Of a stretch of DNA of 64,000 nt, positions 57,682 through 64,000 are shown piece by piece. Numbering within the stretch: position 1 is the stretch's first letter; each line of letters begins with the position of its first letter. Below the pieces are notes generated by a model. That model was not told where the DNA came from. It did no database searches and saw only the letters and a program-made list of their open reading frames with translations. The translations under genes and the position numbers were made by a program. Where the stretch lies: the NCBI GenBank assembly GCA_963693365.1, contig CAVNZM010000008.1:1054001-1118000 (forward strand). The letters run 5' to 3'. Source of the DNA: Amoebidium appalachense (lineage: Eukaryota > Protista > Ichthyosporea).

Positions 57682-58935
57682 TGTGTGTGCGTGTGTGCGT
57701 GTGTGTCTCTCTGTGTGTGTGTGTGTGCCCACGGTGTGTGTGTGTGTGTGTGTGTCTGTGTGACATGTGTGTGTGTGTGCGTGCGTGCGTGAGTGTGTGT
57801 GTGCGTGTGTGTGTGTGTGTGCGTGCGTGCGTGCGTGTGCACGTGCATGTGCGTGGGTTTGGAGGGGAGGCGGGCGATGTAATGATACATTCGCTAGCCT
57901 CCATGATAGTTATTTGACTCTCGGGCCAAGGCCTAGGAAATTCGGCGGTATCAACAGGTTTCATTTGTGAAACCATGCTCATATATCCATGCTTTTAACC
58001 AAAACGGGTATCTTAAAGCTTGATCGATTCACTGATTTGGATTTGCTAATAATTGTGCGCACATAGATTTCGACGGCTCAGCCTCGGAACCCACACATCA
58101 TGCCGTATACGAATTTGTAGTGCTAAGTACGTAACTACCTGCAACAGAAAAGAGCAACCACATGTACATACGGCGAATAGCCATTCGACAACCCACGAAT
58201 CAGGCAACACTCTCTGCATATAGTGCACCATATGTGTGTCATGATGACATGACACACATGCAGCCTGACTAGAAGCCATGTAGGCGTGATATGTCGAGAT
58301 TTCCACACTGTGGCACGGTGGTGCCACCCACAGCGGCCGCTCAAACTGGACACCAAATAGTTGCAACTCTAATGTGACCACTCTCCTTTGCGTCAAATAA
58401 AACTCACGAGCATACGCATGTATCAATGGCCACGATTTTATGACCAGTATACATAAAACTGGCTTCATGCGAACCCATGCGTCCACGTGTGCCGTGCATG
58501 TACGTGTAGACTACAACTTGTGCCCTTGGGCCAATGTTTTGCATCGAATGTACAGGAGTGATGGAATGTGATGGATCTAAAGAGAGCGTGCGATGGATTG
58601 GCTACCCGCGCACCGTGAGTCCGTGACCGCGCGCACTCACCACCACCTCTGTTGCAACCTTCCGAAGTCGACCTCAGCAGTGGCTGCTTGTTACACATTA
58701 AATAATAAATTTACTTTCTACCACAATAAGAAGTTTCTCAATTATTAGAATTTTAGTTACGTACATGCCCGGCGGTTGTATTCAAATCATGGAGTGACAA
58801 GTCAATTGCAAGTCGATCAGAGCCGAGCAGTCCGGATCCCTACATCTCACGATAGAAAAATCCCATAATGCCAAAAACGCCACCCAGAATTTTATTTCAC
58901 TAGTGCAGCTAAGCCATATATAAATATGTATACTG

Positions 58936-58991
<56 letters not shown>

Positions 58992-59482
58992 CCACCCGGC
59001 CATTCGCGCGCGGGCACTTTTGTTCTCTTATCTGTTAATGATGTTCAATCACTAATTGGCCCAAATCAGACCAATCAGAAATCCAAGGATGACAACCGGC
59101 AAACAAATGCATGACTCTATGCGAACCATCATCATCGTATCTGCATACCTTATATTTGATTGGTCCATATGGAAAGGCCGATTTTGAGCCATCTGGCTGG
59201 TGGTCTGAAGGCTCTGAACAGTGCCGATACATAACGCGCACACACACACAAGGCCGCCCCAGTCATACATGCATGCTTCTAAGCACACTGCAGTTGCAAT
59301 CGTACTAGTATAAGGAAGGTTGATTACAGTGTGGTAAAGAGCTACGGCTCTTAGACTAGACCGTGAAAACCTTGATCCCCAAAAACAAACTCACGTCCGA
59401 GAGCGGACACCACAACTGCAACTTAAATAGTTTCTTCTACAGAGTAACTTTCCCTTTACAGTACTTCACTTAATAATACACC

Positions 59483-60827
59483 ATGATATCTTCTGCCGAT
59501 AACACGCCTCCTACAGGCAGCCCTGTAGCGAGCTTCACCAGCAGTCCACGGCGCACATCCATGACGGGCCACCGTCGCACCTCCACAGGGGGTAGCCACC
59601 GCTCTACCCCATCGAGCTCCCCCTCGCCCTCCGCCCCTGCTACCCCTGAAACCGTCCCCCGCATTTCATCACACATGTCCATTAACTCTGGTGACTCGGG
59701 GTTTACCGTGGGCACGCCGCAGTCTGTACGCAAGTCAACATCTTCCTCTTCTCTTCCCAACACACCGAGTATCGCACGCAAAAACTCAACTGTTTCCATC
59801 GCATCGACTGTTGCTGAACCAATTGAGTCTACGCGTTTTGCCGCGTTTTCAGGGCATCAACATTACCGCCCCGACGCCAACACAAACTACTATGCGCCCC
59901 CACCCCCACCCAAGACGGGGCAGAAGCCGAGGCGCATCTGTGCTGTGGTCTATCCATTCTTCAATGAAGAGAAGAATGAGCTGGAACGATCTCTGCAGGC
60001 CATGTTTCAGCAGGTGAGTGAGTGTACACAGAAACCATCACCACACACCGTACGGTACATGTTTTGCAAATGGTTACACACCATACATGGTAGAAATAAT
60101 TGAGCACGATAACACCCAAAAAAACAAACATCATGTACACATGTTTAATACCTGAATTTGTACAGGCACAGGAGGTGTTACCAGCACACACTGTAGCTGC
60201 CATGCATAGACGCACAGGCACAAACACGCCCACACACTGCGACAGGCTCACAAAAGTTGAGTAACGTTCAAAAAACCAAACACCTACTGGACACACACCA
60301 CCACGTGCCGAACACCCAACCTTAGCACACAAAATAACTCGCACGCACCCACGCACACAACAAACTACTCACCGTAATCCATTTTCACAGGCACACGACC
60401 TTGATGCTGTAGGCATGGACGTGCACGCAGTAGCAGTGATGGACGGGTGGTGGAAGGCATCCAAGAGCATGAAGCAGTACATGAAGGAGATGTTTCCTGC
60501 TAACGAGGGCGAGGTGCCCTGGTGGGAGCGCATAGAGTCCATCCCCGAGAAGTCAGACCTGTGTGAGACCTATGTGCTGCAGAGGGTAGATGAGGACGGT
60601 CACACACTGCCCGTGGATATCGGTACGTGCCCTTCCTCATTCACAAAGTGCACACACACGCACACACGCATGCATGTATGAACACCTGCACACGCACGCA
60701 CTCGCGAATGCACGCACGCTTATATGCAAGCGCGCAAGCACACACATGCATGCATGCATGCAAGCGCGCACACGCACAGGTACACACAGTCACACACACA
60801 CACACAAACAAACACATACACACGCAT

Positions 60828-60869
<42 letters not shown>

Positions 60870-62344
60870 CACACACACACACACATGCACTCATACACTC
60901 ACACACATGCAGACCCCTACACACGTGTGCGCGCACGCACACGCACACCATTGCACACAAAATGTCACCCACACAACGGTGTGTGAGCTTTACACCGTAA
61001 TCACGATGCCCACACACTCTTCCCACATACATAAACACGCACATAGTCTCTCTCACGCTCTCTCTGTTTCTCCCTCTTTCTCTCACCCCCCCCCCCTCTT
61101 TCTCTCTCTCCCCCGCCCCCCCGGTCTCTTATTTTCTCTCAATCTTTCTCCCTCTCTCTCTCTCTCCCTCCCCCCCCCCCCCCTCCCCAGTCTCTTCTCT
61201 TTCTCTCTATCTTTCTCTCTCTCTCTCTCGTCTACACTTTCTTTCCCCCTCTTCTCTCTCACCGCCTCCCCCCTCCCTTCCCCTCCACCTCCCCATGCAC
61301 GCACACACACACGTCCACCCGCACCCCTCCCCCCCCCCCCCCCCCTTCCCCATCACCGAGCACCATTCACTCATTGCCCGCCTTCTTCCCCCCCCCCCCC
61401 CCCCCCCCCCCCTTCCTCCCCTCCAGGCTACGGCAGCCAGATGAACCTCACCGTCATCATCAAACGAGACAACCGCCGCAAGCACAACTCCCACGAGTGG
61501 TTCTTCATGAGCTATGCCCCTGCCATCAATGCCGAGTATGCCTTTGCCACTGACTGCGGCACACTGTATGGTGATAAATGTCTCTTCCACCTGGTCAAGC
61601 ACATGGACAGGCACGAGGATGTGGCTGCAGCTACGGGCAGGCAGAGGGTTATGAGTGCTGCTATGCAGGTAAAGAACCCCTCCCCCCCCCCCCCACACAC
61701 ACACAAATTACGAGATAGAACAGCCCGAAATTCGAATTAGTAGCACCGCAAATATTGGGTCAGTGTGTTACGGACCCCGCCCATATATTCTATTCTTCGA
61801 ATTAACACAAACCCACTTCCGCCCACCAGCACAACTCCCCTTCCCTCCCTCCCTCCCTCCCCGTTCTTCTTGCCTTTCGAATTGTGTAAGTCCCTCTCCT
61901 CCCCCCTCCCTCTCCCCCCCCCTCCCCCCCCCCCCCCCCCCCGCCCACCCAGCCCCGCCCTTTCTCCCACTATCCCCGCCTACAATACTCCCTTCCCTCA
62001 CCTCCTTCTCCAAACAATCACATTGTGTCCCCCAATTTCCTAACACTCACCCCCCCCAGGGTACTGAGAATGAGGGCTGGCTTGCCATGTGGTATCGCTG
62101 TGGGCAGGCCTACGACTATGAGGCATCTATTAGTAGTTTCCAGGGGGCATTCTCATTGGTCGGCATGCTGCCCGTGCTGCCCGGCCCATGCGGCCTGTAC
62201 AGGATGGCCCATGTCAAGGTGATTGATGATACACACCCTACCCCATTATACGCACAAGAGACACACAACTACAAAAGCACACACACACAGCGCACAAAAC
62301 CACAAATGTGCACACACAACCACACACATACAGATACAAGATCC

Positions 62345-62375
<31 letters not shown>

Positions 62376-63319
62376 AGGGGCTCCCTACTTCCCCCTCCCC
62401 CACTGCTAAAAACCCACTCACCATCCCCCCTCCACGTCTCCCCCGCCCGCCCCCTCCCCCCTTTTCATGTGCCCCTCCCCCCCCCTCCCCCCCCCCCCCC
62501 CCCCCCCCCCCCCCACATACACACACACACACACACCCTTCGCTATTGCCCCTCGTCCCCGACTTCCTTCTCTTCCCCCTCAACCGCCCTCTCCTCAACA
62601 CCCTCCCCCCCCCCCCCCCCCCCCCCCCCCCCTTCTCTTCTCCCCTCTCTCTTACCCCCGTCCTCCCCTTCCTTCCCCCCCCCCCTCTGCCCCCTCCCCC
62701 CTCACCCACCCCCATCCCCCAACCTTCCTCCCACCCCTCTTTCCAAAAAACATTTGTAAAACACAAATTAACCAACCAACACGTACAGGGTGAGTGCCTC
62801 GAATATTATTTCAACACAGTCAACATCAACCCCGATGAGACGGACATGGTCACAGGCAACCTTCTACTGGCCGAGGACCGTATTCTCTCCTATGCTGCCG
62901 CTCTGATCACAGGCAAATACACCGTGTGGGTGCCTCATGCTGTGTTCTACTTCGAGGCAGAGACGGACTCCATGCGATTTATTGCTCAGAGGCGCCGGTG
63001 GACCAATGGTTCATTTGCGGGATATCTTTACCTGATAATTACACACCCTGGTCTACTGCTGAATGCTCCGCACACGTGGTACGTAACCTCAAGACTCCTT
63101 CCCTCCCCCCCCCCCCCCCCCCCCTCCCCCCACCAAAAAAAAAAAAAATCCTTTACCCCCCCTCCCCCCTCCCCCCCCCCCCCTTGGCCCCCCTTCCCCC
63201 CCTGGCCGCCGCCCCCTCCTCCCCCAAACTCCTTTCCCTCCTTCTCCCCTCCCCCTCCAGCCTCGTCCCCAGGCCCCCCTCCCCCATCCCTCCCGTCCCC
63301 ACCTTTCCCCCTCCTTCCT

Positions 63320-63350
<31 letters not shown>

Positions 63351-63904
63351 TTTCCCCTCCCCTCGAGTTCCACCGCCAAACGTATGCTCGGATCCAAGAA
63401 GCAACACCACCACCAAAAAAATAACAATTAAAATGTATGCCGCCTCCTACACCTCCTTCATGATCCCTTACTTACCCCATTTTAAACCCCCCCCCCCCAA
63501 CCACCCACCCCCCCACCCACCCTCCCCCCCCCCCCCCCCCCCCCCCCAACCAACACACACACACACACACAGGTATTTCAAGGTGATGATAGCCTTCCTT
63601 CTAGGGCTGCAACTTCTCATGTTCCTTCTCGTGTCCATCGCCCCCGCCATCTTTATCTCCATGGCATTCCAGTCCGTCAAAGCAATCATCAACACAGGAG
63701 ACAGCGTGCAGTACGCCATACAATACTCCGTGCTTGTGTTCTACGTGTGCCTGTACCTTGCATTCACCTACAAGCACAGCAAGGAGAAGTTCGTTCCTCA
63801 CCTCTACTACATTGCGCTGTTCACCAATGCATTCATGCTGGGTCTGATCCTGACTGCTATCATCATATCCGCATTTACGGGCGACTGGAAGGTCGTCGGT
63901 GTGG
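59483..63904 (+). CDS. Chitin synthase (GT2, division-1-like), multi-exon; continues beyond window end
   Basis: Exons 59483-60013, 60391-60622, 61427-61668, 62060-62218, 62789-63078, 63573-63904. Motifs PFFNEE, VMDG, KRDNRRKHNSHEWFF, TDCGT, VLPGP, NLLLAEDRIL, AETD, QRRRWTNGS, followed by TM helices; Ser/Thr/Pro-rich N-terminus. Confidence 0.93.
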
Positions 63905-64000
63905 GTATGTGCTCCCCTCCTTTTTTTCCCCATCCCCCCCCCCCCCCCCCCCCCCCCCCCACCACCACCACCACCACCACCATACCACGACCACCACAGA

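Noticed and set aside
58938-59030. (AT)n followed by a GC-rich imperfect hairpin, reminiscent of a Helitron 3' end
   Set aside because: Stem is imperfect, no CTRR terminus and no second copy in the window.

Overview
Eukaryotic, intron-rich genomic DNA. Introns are full of (CA)n/(GT)n, poly-G/poly-C and minisatellites, so most of the supplied long ORFs are translations of repeats. Splicing exons by hand (GT-AG, phase-consistent) recovers eight protein-coding genes: mitochondrial-type beta-ketoacyl-ACP synthase (OXSM/FabF, - strand, runs off the left edge); an intronless secreted 104-aa protein with four CxxxC motifs; EndoU ribonuclease; Cullin-2; a membrane-anchored METTL9/DREV-like methyltransferase; a Cys-less ('Pro-loop') pentameric ligand-gated ion channel; an SLC49A4/DIRC2-type MFS transporter; and a chitin synthase (runs off the right edge). 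The combination of animal-type genes with a fungal-style chitin synthase suggests a unicellular holozoan such as an ichthyosporean (inference only). The most notable item is the ion channel. It has a Cys-rich acidic insert in its extracellular domain, an atypical M2 pore and an apparent fifth transmembrane helix. Also notable: three intronic tandem repeats that copy a neighbouring splice site, a foldback-like hairpin array beside a (CA)n tract punctuated by CACTGTG, a MITE with TA target-site duplication, and a dispersed ~118-bp intronic element. Exon boundaries were read by eye and may be off by a few bases; homopolymer lengths may be unreliable.
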